A stretch of 64,000 nt of DNA. It comes from Mobula hypostoma. Taxonomy: Eukaryota. Of this stretch, positions 12,186-23,263 are shown piece by piece (the stretch's first letter is position 1; each line of letters opens with the position of its first letter). The stretch spans positions 112,098,001 through 112,162,000 of the forward strand of contig NC_086108.1 in the NCBI RefSeq assembly GCF_963921235.1, in the 5' to 3' direction. The notes under the pieces are model-generated. The model did no database searches and was not told the DNA's origin. It was given only the letters and a program-made list of their open reading frames with translations. The translations under genes and the position numbers were made by a program.

Positions 12186-12654
12186 GAAGGAGGTGATTCT
12201 ATGACCCCCTCTAGACCCTACACCCCTCCCTGTCAGAGAAGGTTTACAGAATCTTTTTGTTGCTCCAGATTCCAACATTGGTATCTCTCATCTCTCCACT
12301 GGAGGGGCTTGGTTGTCCACACAGCATCTGTGGGGGCAGACGGACACTTGACATTTCGGGGTCAAGAACCCTGTGTTGGGATGGAGATTGTGGAGGGGGG
12401 AGAGGGCAGTCAGTATGAGGAGGTGAGGGGGGAACAGCTGTGGAAAGGGACTGGTGGGGTGTTAGGAGGATCGAACTGAGTCTGTGGTGTGGAGTGAGTC
12501 TGGGAAGGGGGCAAGGAGAGGGGTATCTAGGATGTGAACGTGGGGGAGGGAAGACAGACAGAGATCTCCCTCCATTCCCTGTACACCCCTGTGCCGATCC
12601 AAAGATAAACCTCCATTGCAGAAGGATCCAAATTCCTCTTTTTCACGATATTTT

Positions 12655-13129
12655 ACACAACTGGCCACTTTATTAGGTACAGCTGTACACCTGCCCATTA
12701 ATATAAATATCTCATCGACCAATCACAAGGTTCAGCTGTTGATCAGACCAAACAACAGAATGTGGAAAAATGTGATCTAAGTGACTTTGTCCATGGTGCC
12801 TGACGGGATGGTTTGAGTATCTCAGAAACTGACGATCTGGGAATTTCACTCACAACAGTCTCTAGAGTTTACAGAAAATGGTCCAAAAAGCAAAAAAAAA
12901 ACATCCAGTGAGCGGCCGTTCTGTGAGTGAGGACACCTTGTTAATGAGAGAGGATTGAGGAGAATGGCCAGACTGGTTCAAGCTGACAGGAAGGTGACAG
13001 TAACCCAAATAACCACACATTACAACAGTGGTGTGCAGAAGAACATCTCAGAATGGACAGAACTTTGAACCTTGAAGTGGATGGGCCACACTAGGTTCCA
13101 CTCCTGTACCTAATAAAGTGGCCACAGTA
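12655..13129 (+). mobile_element. Tc1-derived non-autonomous DNA transposon (MITE)
   Basis: 20-bp perfect TIR cores TGGCCACTTTATTAGGTACA (12662-12681) and TGTACCTAATAAAGTGGCCA (13105-13124). Internal remnant of a Tc1 HTH (SISET..GISLTTVSRVYRKW). Confidence 0.8.
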
Positions 13130-14175
13130 CATCTTCTTATTGTAACTGATGGTAATGTTTACGTATTGCTCTCTACTGTTGCTGTAAAACAAACAAATTT
13201 CACAACGTGTGTGTGGTGATAAAGTTGATTCCGATACAGGTGTCTATTGTGGACTGAGAGTGGGAGGGGGTTAAGGAGAGGGGAATCACGGGCAGGAGAG
13301 GGGAGGGACTGGGAAGCACCAGAGACACATTCTGTAATGAACAATAAACCAGTTGTTTGAAATCAAGTGACCTTGCCCGGTGTCTCAGGGCTGGGTGTGT
13401 CTGCACCCACGCCATTCTCTTCCCTACGCACTCATTCTCTGACACCTGTACCACACCTCTTCCTCACCAACACCCCTCCCGAGGTGCTCCATCCTCACCA
13501 TGCCCAACGTCGTTTCCTCCTGTGAAATTTACAAACTAATTCCCTCTCCATGTTGAGAAATACTTAAAATTCTCCATCAGTGAATCAGCTTCCGTGAACC
13601 GGACGTGAGGCTCCTCAGTCACAACAGGGTCTCTGCCCCTGGTTTAACAGCTCAACAGAAAGGAGTGAAACTCCCCAGATCTCTGGGAAGAGAAGCTCCA
13701 CACTTTGCTCCTAAAGGTGACTCCACAGGTAAGAGTTCAACACCTATATTTAAAGCGGAGGCTGATAGGTTTTTGATTAGTAAAGGTGTCGAAAATTATG
13801 AAGAGAAGGCAGGAGAATGGGATTAAGAGGGAAAATAAATGGGCCATGAAGGAATTGTGGAGCAAACTTGATGGGCCGAATGGTCTCACTCTGCTCCTAT
13901 ATCTTCTGGCCTTTTGATTTACGGAAGTAAGGGCGGAAAGTGTGTGTCTCGTTTCTGGATTTTCATTCTGCAGTCTGAACATTGCTTCTCAAAATTGGGG
14001 TCAGTGTTTGGGGTAAAAGTTAACAAAACACAAAGGAAGGGCTGAAAGACAAAAGAGTAAGAATGAATGGAATATTTTGTCAAACCGAGACAGCACACCT
14101 ATTTCAGTTCTCATCTCCAATCTCTCTATCTACGCTTGATTCTAGACAATACAGTAAAATATCAACTAGCTCAAG

Positions 14176-14460
14176 AACATGAGGAATTCTGCAGATGCTG
14201 GAAATTCAAGCAACACACATCAAAGTTGCTGGTGAACGCAGCAGGCCAGGCAGCATCTCTAGGAAGAGGTACAGTCGACGTTTCGGGCCGAAACCCTTCG
14301 TCAGGACTAACTGAAGGAAGAGCTAGTAAGAGATTTGAAAGTGGGAGGGGGAGGGGGAGATCCAAAATGATAGGAGAAGACAGGAGGGGGAGGAATGGAG
14401 CCAAGAGCTGGACAGGTGATTGGCAAAAGGAATTTGAGAGGATCATGGGACAGGAGGCCA
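14176..14460 (-). mobile_element. Penelope-like terminal repeat fragment
   Basis: Reverse complement of the 3' region of the Penelope copy at about 22255-22535. Contains a hammerhead motif. Confidence 0.85.
14272..14309 (-). ncRNA. Minimal type I hammerhead ribozyme motif
   Basis: UAGUC-CUGACGA-AGGGUUUCGGCCC-GAAA-CGUC-GACUG. Confidence 0.7.
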
Positions 14461-14855
14461 AGACGTATGTTTCATTAGACACAAACTGTTTCTGATCTCT
14501 TTTTGAAATAATTATTTCATTTTATATTTATTTCCTATTGTAATTTATAGTATATTTATGTATTGCTCTGTTTGCAGTCGCTGCCACAAAACAACAAATT
14601 TCACAACGTATGTCCGTGATAATAACCCTCACTCTGATTCTGATTAAAATACTTGCTGGATTCCACACTTGGTTCATTCACTCCCAAATACTCGGCCCAT
14701 CTCCTGCACCCAATTACCACCAAACAGACCGGATGATTTGTGCTTTGCGGAGTTGTTTACACAGAGTTTATTCAGTCTGGGAGACTGGAGTATTTGTATT
14801 GTAGGTGGAATGCTCTGATGCCCAGGTCCCCAATGTGTTCTGTAGATCATCTTAC

Positions 14856-15014
14856 CAAGTAGACAAAATATGGGGCTTTCCAATCATCGTCCCAGAACCT
14901 GCCAGTGAGTGATCTCGGTAGACTCTGCATGATGTGTTTGTATGGGATCCGTCTTGCTGCAGTATAACTACACGGGACACTTTGCGAAGTCGTTTCCAGT
15001 TCACAGTCACCCAC
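14856..15014 (-). CDS. CTBS-like gene, coding exon 6
   Basis: Acceptor TCTCTATATTTCTCAG|, donor TTG|GTAAGA; 159 nt. Encodes VGDCELETTSQSVPCSYTAARRIPYKHIMQSLPRSLTGRFWDDDWKAPYFVYL, versus CTBS ...PCSDAAGRQVPYKTIMKQ...LWDKDQRAPYYNY. Confidence 0.92.
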
Positions 15015-15042
15015 CTGAGAAATATAGAGAGAGAAATAAATT

Positions 15043-15430
15043 AGAACGATAGAACCATAGAACATTACAGCACAGAAACAGGCCTTTTGGCCCTTCTTGG
15101 CTGTGCCGAACCATTTTCTGCCTAGTCCCACTGACCTGCATACGGACCATATCCCTCCATACACCTCCCATCCATGTACCTGTCCAAGTTTTTCTTAAAT
15201 GTTAAAAGTGAGCCCGCATTTACCACTTCATCTGGCAGCTCAGTCCACACTGCCACCACTCTCTGTGTGAAGAAGCCTCCCCTAATGTTCCCTTTAAACT
15301 TTTCCCCCTTCACCCTCAACCCATGTCCTCTGGTTTTTTTCTCCCCTTGTCACAGTGGAAAAAGCCTGCTTGCACTCACTCTATCAAAACCGATCATAAT
15401 TTTATATACCTCTATCAAATCTCCCCTCAT
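15043..15430 (-). mobile_element. CR1 LINE 3' end
   Basis: Encodes KFKGNIRGGFFTQRVV...FKKNLDRYM, followed by a TTCTAT-type tail. Confidence 0.9.
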
Positions 15431-15629
15431 TGTGGATGTAAAAACAGTCACTCTGATAATATGAAAAATACACAGAAAGTATAATTGGTGTCTACGGTGA
15501 ATCCATCGGAGTCATTAGGTATGATATTGAAGAAACATTTATAACACAAAATCATCAAGAATTCAGGTGTCAGAACAGGGATATGGCACAAGGGAAAATG
15601 ATCAAAGGTCAAACAGGATATAGCACAGC

Positions 15630-16120
15630 ATATGCTGAAACTGGAGAGGGTTCAAATGAAGTTCATGAAAATGATTCCAGGATTGAATGAGTTGTCATAT
15701 GAAGAGCGTTTGATGGCTCTGGGCCTGTATTTGCTGGAATTCTAAAGAATGAGGGGTGACCTCACTGAAACCTATTGAATAGTGAAAGGCCTTGATAGAG
15801 TGAATGTGGAAAAGGGGTTTTCTATGGTGGGAGAGTCTGAGACCAAATGACACAGGTGCAGAATAGAGGGGCGTCCTTTTGGAACGGAGATGTGGAGGAA
15901 TTTCTTTAGCCAGAGAGTGGTGAATCTGATGAATTCTTTGCCACAGGCAATGGTGGAGGAAAGTCTTCATGTAAATTTAAAGCAGAGTTGATAGATTCTT
16001 GACTGGTCAGGCCAAGAAGGGAAATGGGGAGAAGGCAGGAGATTGGGGTTGAGAGGAGATTAAGAAATGGCAGAGCAAACTTCATGAGACAAATAGCCTA
16101 ATTCTGTTCTTATGGTCTAT
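15630..16120 (+). mobile_element. Old CR1 3' fragment
   Basis: Degenerate ERVQ..F.KMIPG...RGDL.E...FFSQRVVNL motifs. Confidence 0.75.
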
Positions 16121-16388
16121 TATCTCACGGGATGATTTGATTTACAACCTCAAAAGATGCAGCTATTGATCATAAGACACAGGAGCAGAACCAGGCCATT
16201 CAACCCATCGACTCTCTTCCACCATTCCATCATGGCTGATTTATATATTTTCCATCTGTGGAATTCATTGCCACGGACAGCTTTAGAGGCCAAGTCATTG
16301 ACTCAATTTAAAGTGCAGGTTGAGGTTCTTGATTAGTCAGGGCATCAAAGGTTACGGAGTGAAGGCAGGAGAATCGGGTTGAGAGGGG

Positions 16389-18508
16389 CAAGCATTTAAA
16401 GGTTGCATGGATGAACTACAACAATTGTTCATCCCAGTTTGGCAGAAGAATAAATCAAGGAAGGTAGTGCACCCGTGGCTGACAAGAGAAATTAGGGATA
16501 GTATCAATTCCAAAGAAGAAGCATACAAATTAGCCAGAAAAAGTGGCTCACCTGAGGACTGGGAGAAATTCAGAGTTCAGCAGAGGAGGACAAAGGGCTT
16601 AATTAGGAAGGGGAAAAAAGATTATGAGAGAAAACTGGCAGGGAACATAAAAACGGACTGTAAAAGCTTTTATAGATATGTAAAAAGGAAAAGACTGGTA
16701 AAGGCAAATGTAGGTCCCCTACAGACAGAAACAGGTGAATTGATTATGGGGAGCAAGGACATGGCAGACCAATTGAATAATTACTTTGGTTCTGTCTTCA
16801 CTAAGGAGGACATAAATAATCTTCCAGAAATAGTAAGTGACAGAGGGTCCAGTGAGATAGAGGAACTGAGTGAAATACATGTTAGTAGGGAAGTGGTGTT
16901 AGGTAAATTGAAGGGATTGAAGGCAGATAAATCCCCAGGGCCAGATGGTCTGCATCCTAGAGTGCTTAAGGAAGTAGCCCAAGAAATAGTGGATGCATTA
17001 GTGATAATTTTTCAAAACTCGTTAGATTCTGGACTAGTTCCTGAGGATTGGAGGGTGGCTAATGTAACCCCACTTTTTAAAAAAGGAGGGAGAGAGAAAC
17101 CGGGGAATTATAGACCGGTTAGCCTAATGTCGGTGGTGGGGAAACTGCTGGAGTCAGTTATCAAAGATGTGATAACAGCACATTTGGAAAGCGGTGAAAT
17201 GATCGGACAAAGTCAGCATGGATTTGTGAAAGGAAAATCATGTCTGACGAATCTCATAGAATTTTTTGAGGATGTAACTAGTAGAGTGGATAGGGGAGAA
17301 CCAGTGGATGTGGAATATTTGGATTTTCAAAAGGCTTTTGACAAGGTCCCACACAGGAGATTAGTGTGCAAACTTAAAGCACACGGTCTTGGGGGTAAGG
17401 TATTGGTGTGGGTGGAGAATTGGTTAGCAGACAGGAAGCAAAGAGTGGGAATAAACGGGACCTTTTCAGAATGGCAGGCGGTGACTAGTGGGGTACCGCA
17501 AGGCTCAGTGCTGGGACCCCAGTTGTTTACAATATATATTAATGACTTGGATGAGGGAATTAAATGCAGCATCTCCAAGTTTGCAGATGACACGAAGCTG
17601 GGCGGCAGTGTTAGCTGTGAGGAGGATGCTAAGAGGATGCAGGGTGACTTGGATAGGTTGGGTGAGTGGGCAAACTCATGGCAGATGCAATTTAATGTGG
17701 ATAAATGTGAAGTTATCCACTTTGGTGGCAAAAATAGGAAAACAGATTATTATCTGAATGGTGGCCAATTAGGAAAAGGGGAGATGCAATGAGACCTGGG
17801 TGTCATTATACACCAGTCATTGAAAGTGGGCATGCAGGTACAGCAGGCGGTGAAAAAGGCGAATGGTATGCTGGCATTTATAGCGAGAGGATTCGAGTAC
17901 AGGAGCAGGGAGGTACTACTGCAGTTGTACAAGGCCTTGGTGAGACCACACCTGGAGTATTGTGTGCAGTTTTGGTCCCCTAATCTGAGAAAAGACATCC
18001 TTGCCATAGAGGGAGTACAAAGAAGGTTCACCAGATTGATTCCTGGGATGGCGGGACTTTCATATGAAGAAAGACTGGATGAACTGGGCTTGTACTCATT
18101 GGAATTAAGAAGATTGAGGGGGGATCTGATTGAAACGTATAAAATCCTAAAGGGATTGGACAGGCTAGATGCAGGAAGATTGTTCCCGATGTTGGGGAAG
18201 TCCAGAACAAGGGTCCACAGTTTGAGGATAAGGGGGAAGCCTTTTAGGACTGAGATTAGGAAAAACTTCTTCACACAGAGAGTGGTGAATCTGTGGAATT
18301 CTCTGCCACAGGAAACAGTTGAGGCCAGTTCATTGGCTATATTTAAGAGGGAGTTAGATATGGCCCTTGTGGCTACGGGGATCAGGGGGTATGGAGGGAA
18401 GGCTGGGGCGGGGTTCTGAGTTGGATGATCAGCCATGATCATAATAAATGGCGGTGCAGGCTCGAAGGGCCGAATGGCCTACTCCTGCACCTATTTTCTA
18501 TGTTTCTA
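16389..18508 (+). mobile_element. Young 5'-truncated CR1 LINE with a nearly intact ORF2 RT region
   Basis: ORFs 16407-17792 and 17820-18419 are in the same frame, separated by one TGA at 17790 (probably CGA>TGA). Motifs PGPDG, QHGF, GVPQGSVLGP, FADD, then 3' UTR and tail. Confidence 0.96.
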
Positions 18509-18922
18509 AATCAGCCACAAAGGAATGGCTGAGAGAACATAGTGGGCCAAAGGGCCTAATCCTGCTCCTGTGTTTTATCCACTGTCTTATGGATGTTTCC
18601 AGTATTGGCTGAGTCTAGGACTAGAGGACACAGCCTCAGAGTAGAAAGAAGTCGCATTAGAACAGAGATAAGGAGGAATTTCTTTAGCTAGAGGGTGGCG
18701 AACCTGTGGAATTCATTGTCACAGATGACTGTGCAAGTCATCGGGTATATTTAAAGCAAAGGTTGTAGGTTTTTGTTTAGTCAGGCTATAAAAAGGAGAA
18801 GGCAGGAGAATGGGGTTGAGAGGGATCATAAATCAGCCATGATAGAATCGCAGAACAGACTCGATGGGCCAAATGACCTAATTCTGCTCATATGTCATAT
18901 AGTCTTCTCGATAATATCTTAC

Positions 18923-19020
18923 CCCGAGAAAGCGCTTGCAGGTGTTGTCATAACTGTACCAAGCAACGCCCATCACCAGCTTTCTGGAGTCAATGCCCAG
19001 TCTGATATAATCCGACATTC
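18923..19020 (-). CDS. CTBS-like gene, coding exon 5
   Basis: Follows a 77-nt intron (19021-19097). Acceptor TTTGTCCTTTCAG|, donor GGG|GTAAGA; 98 nt. Encodes (G)MSDYIRLGIDSRKLVMGVAWYSYDNTCKRFLG, versus CTBS GYNDYIKMSINPKKLVMGVPWYGYDYTC. Not in the ORF track; translated by hand. Confidence 0.92.
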
Positions 19021-19097
19021 CTGAAAGGACAAATTGTATAAATTGGATCTCAGTCAGCTTTGTGAGAGGGTAAGGTTGAGGGTCTCATTGAACCTAC

Positions 19098-19269
19098 CTG
19101 ACAAAACCCGGTGATAGGGAGCACTTGACCTTGCAACACAACCATCCCGCAGGTCATTTGGAATGTCATAGGATGCCACAAATAAAATGTCACAGGCTTG
19201 TGAAATTGCTAAAAAGTCATAACATAGTTCGTTCTTGCAGTGTGGAGACCAAGGTACGTGAAAGGAGAT
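19098..19269 (-). CDS. CTBS-like gene, coding exon 4
   Basis: Acceptor TTCTTATGTTCTCAG|, donor TCAG|GTAGGT; 172 nt. Encodes ISFHVPWSPHCKNELCYDFLAISQACDILFVASYDIPNDLRDGCVARSSAPYHRVLS, versus CTBS VTFDVAWSP...CYNYTGIADACDFLFVMSYD...CIAAANAPY. Confidence 0.92.
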
Positions 19270-19274
19270 CTGAG

Positions 19275-20203
19275 AACATAAGAACATAAGAAATAGGAGC
19301 AGGAGTTGGCCATTTGGCCTGTCAATCCTGCTCCCCCATTCAATGAGATCATGGCTGATCTGGCCAAGGACTCATCTCCACCTACCTGCCTTTTCCCCAT
19401 AACCCTTACTTCCTCTACTATGGTATAATCTACCCAGACTTGTCCTAACTATATATACTGAGGTAGCCTCCACTGCTTCATTGGGCAGAGAACTCCACAG
19501 ATTCACCACTCTCTGGGAAAAGAACTTAGAACATAGAACATAGAATAGTATCGCACAGTACAGGCCCTTCATCCCACAATGTTGTGCCGACCGTCAGACC
19601 CTGCCTCCCATATAAGCCCCCACCTTAAATTCCTCCTCATCTCCGTCCTAAATCTACTTCCCCGAATCTTGAGGCTATGTCCCCTAGTTCTAGTCTCACC
19701 TATCAGTGGAAACAACTTTCCTGCCTCTATCTTATCTGTCCCTTTTTATAATTTTCTATGTTTCTCTAAGATCTCCTTTCATTCTTCTGAATTCCAGTGA
19801 GTACAACCCCAAGTGACTTAATCTCTCCTCATAGTCTAATCCCCTTCATCTCTGGAATCAACCTGGTGAACCTCCTCTGCACTGCCTCAAAGCCAGTATA
19901 TCCTTTTTCAAACAAGAAGACCAGAACTGCATGCAGTACTCCAGTTGTGGCCTCACCAGTACCCTGTATAGTTGCAGCATAACCTCCCTGCTCTTAAATC
20001 AATCCCTCTAGTAATGAAGGCCAACAATCCATTTGCCTTCTTGATAGCCTGCTGCATCTGCAAACCTTTTGTGATTCGTGCACAAGCACTCCCAAGTCCC
20101 TCTGCACAGCAGCGTGCTGCAATTTTTTACCATTTAAATAATAATCTGCTCTTTCATTTTCCTTCCAAAGTGGATGACCTCGCATTTACCAACATTGTAC
20201 TCC
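19275..20203 (-). mobile_element. CR1 LINE 3' part inserted at the exon-4 splice acceptor; contains a nested ~110-bp CR1 tail at about 19525-19635
   Basis: WQMEYNVGKCEVIHFG through to a (CTTATGTT)n tail, flanked by ATCTGAG at 19268-19274 and 20204-20210. Confidence 0.9.
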
Positions 20204-21469
20204 ATCTGAGGGCCAAAGGACAATGAGAAATCAGTCTCATATTATTTTTATACCGGTAATTCAAGAGAAGATCAAAGATCAGCTTTATTTGTCACCTGTA
20301 GATAAGACTGTGAAATGTATTGTTTTGTGTCAAATTAAATCAGCAAGGATTGTGTGTTCAGCCCACAAGTGTCATCACACTTCGGGCACCAACATCGCAT
20401 GCCCACAACTTTCTAACAGGAATTTGCATGTCTTTGGAATGTGGAAGGAAATCAGAGCTCACACAGGAATCCCACGTGGTCACGGGCAGAACGTACAGAC
20501 AGTGGGGGGAATTGAACCCCGACTTTACAGCTGACATTGTAATAACATCACACTAACAATTACAGCACTATCTCCTCACGTCACAGTGACGAATGTTGTC
20601 AGAAGATACAGGATAATATCGATCACGTGTGGAGAAATAGGAGATGGAATTTAAACGTACAACATTGAACACTACAACAGAGTACAGGCACTTTGGCCCA
20701 TCTCAGCCATGTTGAACTTGTTATTCTGCCTTGTCCCAATGATGCACCCCAGGATCTCAGCTCTCCACACCCCTCCCATCCATCTGCTTATTCAAATTTC
20801 TCTTAAATGTTGCAATCAAACCCACATCCACCATTTCCACTGGCACCTCACCCCTCACTCTCACCACTCACTAAGTGAAGAAGTTTCTCCTCAAATACTT
20901 CACCTCTCACCCTTAACCCATGACCTCTAGTTCTAGTATCACCCAATCTCAGTGAAAAAGCTTGCTTGCATTTACTCTACCTATACCCCTCATAACTTTG
21001 TATACCTCTGCAAATCTCCCTTCATTCCCCTACCCTCCAGGGAATAAAGACCTAACCGATTCAACCTTTCATGATAACTCAGGTCCTCAAGTCCTGAAGA
21101 CTATAGATATTATGACATAAAAGCAGAATTAGGCCATTCAGCCCTACAAGTCTGCTCCACCATTTGATCATATCTAACTTATTATCCCTGTCTACCTTCT
21201 TCTACCTTCTCCCCATAAACTTTGACACACTTACTAATCAAGAGCCAATCAATTTCCACTGTAAATATACACAATGACTTGGCCTCAACAGCCATCTGTA
21301 GCAATGAATTCCCCAGATTCACCACCCTTTTTTGTTCTTCCATTGTTTCATCCTGTGTCTCCAAAAGTACTTTTATATTTTTAATGTACCCTTAGGGGCC
21401 ACTTTATCTCCTGCACCTATTAAAGTGGCCCCTGAGTGTATGTTTCTGGTCTTCTGCTGCTGAAACACT

Positions 21470-22540
21470 CCATCCTCCCACCACCCCACTAGGAATAGGT
21501 TCCCCTGGTCCTCACCTACCACCCCACCAGCCTCCGGGTCCAACATATTATTCTCCGTAACTTCCGCCACCTCCAACGGGATCCCACCACTAAGCACATC
21601 TTTCCCTCCCCCCCCTCTCTGCATTCCGCAGGGATCGCTCCCTACACAACTCCCTTGTCCATTCGTCCCCCCCATCCCTCCCCACTGATCTCCCTCCTGG
21701 CACTTATCCATGTAAGCGGAACAAGTGCTACACATGCCCTTACACTTCCTCCCTTACCACCATTCAGGGGCCCAAACAGTCCTTCCAGGTGAGGCATCAC
21801 TTCACCTGTGAGTCAACTGGGGTGATATACTGCGTCCGGTGCTCCCGATGTGGCCTTTTATATATTGGTGAGACCCGACGCAGACTGGGAGACCGCTTTG
21901 CTGAACATCTACGCTCTGTCTGCCAGAGAAAGCAGGATCTCCCAGTGGCCACACATTTTAATTCCACATCCCATTCCCATTCTGACATGTCTATCCACGG
22001 CCTCCTCTACTGTAAAGATGAAGCCACACTCAGGTTGGAGGAACAACACCTTATATTCCGTCTGGGTAGCCTCCAACCTGATGGCAGGAACATCGACTTC
22101 TCTAACTTCCGCTAAGGCCCCACCTCCCCCTCGTACCCCAGCTGTTACTTATTTTTATGCACACATTCTTTCTCTCACTCTCCTTTTTCTCCCTCTGTCC
22201 CTCTGAATATACCCCTTGCCCATCCTCTGGGTCCCCCCCCCGTCTTTCTTCCCGGACCTCCTGTCCCATGATCCTCTCATATCCCTTTTGCCTATCACCT
22301 GTCCAGCTCTTGGCTCCATCCCTCCCCCTCCTGTCTTCTCCTATCATTTTGCATCTCCCCCTCCCCCTCCAGCTTTCAAATCCCTTACTCACTCTTCCTT
22401 CAGTTAGTCCTGACGAAGGGTCTCGGCCTGAAACGTCGACTGCGCCTCTTCCTAGAGATGCTGCCTGGCCTGCTGCGTTCACCAGCAACTTTGATGTGTG
22501 TTGCTTGAATTTCCAGCATCTGCAGAATTCCTGTTGTTTG
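21470..22540 (+). mobile_element. Penelope-like element 3' part with GIY-YIG endonuclease and terminal repeat
   Basis: ORF 21789-22115 encodes GVIYCVRCSRCGLLYIGETRRRLGDRFAEH...EEQHLIFRLGSLQPDG. Upstream PLVLTYHP is typical of PLE RT C-termini. Confidence 0.93.
22405..22442 (+). ncRNA. Minimal type I hammerhead ribozyme motif in the Penelope terminal repeat
   Basis: Stem I AGUC/GACU, core CUGACGA (22410-22416), stem II AGG..CCU, GAAA, palindromic ACGU stem III, predicted cleavage after GUC at 22437. Confidence 0.75.
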
Positions 22541-23054
22541 CATTTCAACAGTTGACATGTTGTGGTTTCAGAGACATGTTGTGTCTTCTGCACACCACTG
22601 TTGTAATGTGTGGTTATTTGAGTTACTGTCAGTTTGAACCAGTCTGGCCATTTTCCTCTGACCTCCCTCATCAACAAAGCATTTTTGCCCACAGAAATGT
22701 TGCTCACTGGATGTTTTCGTTTTGCACACCATTCTCTGTAAACTCTAGAAACTGTTGTGTGTGAAAACCCCAGGAAATCAGCAGTTTCTGAGACACTCAA
22801 AGCATACCATTTGGCACCCAGAATTATTCCACAGTCAAGTTCACTGAGATCACACTTTTTCCGCTTTCTGATATTTGGTCTGTAACAACTGGACGTCTTG
22901 ACCCTGTCTGGATGCTTTTATACGTTGAGTTGCTGCCACGTGATTGGCTGATTAGATATTTTGATTAACGAGCAAGTGTACAGCTAGTAAAGTGGCCACT
23001 GAGTGCATGCAGTGAGCTCCCATCATGCAAAGCTTGACCATTCAGCCATTTTAC

Positions 23055-23263
23055 CTGAGTTCCAGGTAACTCTTGGTGGAAATATGAGGCAATTTCTTTA
23101 ACAAACTCAGTTAATTCGTGGTACAAATTGGACCCCTTCTGAAAAATTTCCAGGTACTCCAAATAAATCCCATCCATATGTACGAATCTTATAAAGTCCA
23201 CAGTGAATTCGATCCAATCTCTTCGAGACTCTTTGTCTTCCATGTCAAACATTGTTAAGCTGT
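23055..23263 (-). CDS. CTBS-like gene, coding exon 3 (contains the degenerate GH18 catalytic motif)
   Basis: Acceptor TTTCACCGCTTATCAG|, donor CAG|GTAAAA; 209 nt, phase 1 to 0. Encodes (D)SLTMFDMEDKESRRDWIEFTVDFIRFVHMDGIYLEYLEIFQKGSNLYHELTEFVKEIASYFHQELPGTQ, ungapped against CTBS ...RASWI...YMDGINIDIEQ...LVKETTDSFHREIEGSQ. Confidence 0.92.

Larger units (their letters stand above)
21388..23005 (-). mobile_element. Tc1-derived MITE (same family as 12655-13129) interrupted by a Penelope element
   Basis: Degenerate TIRs GGCCACTTTA at about 21397 and TAAAGTGGCCACTGAGTG at about 22987-23004. HTH remnant VSETADFLGFSHTTVSRVYREW. Confidence 0.75.

Noticed and set aside
22102..22800. 232-aa minus-strand ORF
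   Set aside because: A chimera of a Tc1 HTH remnant and antisense Penelope terminal repeat.
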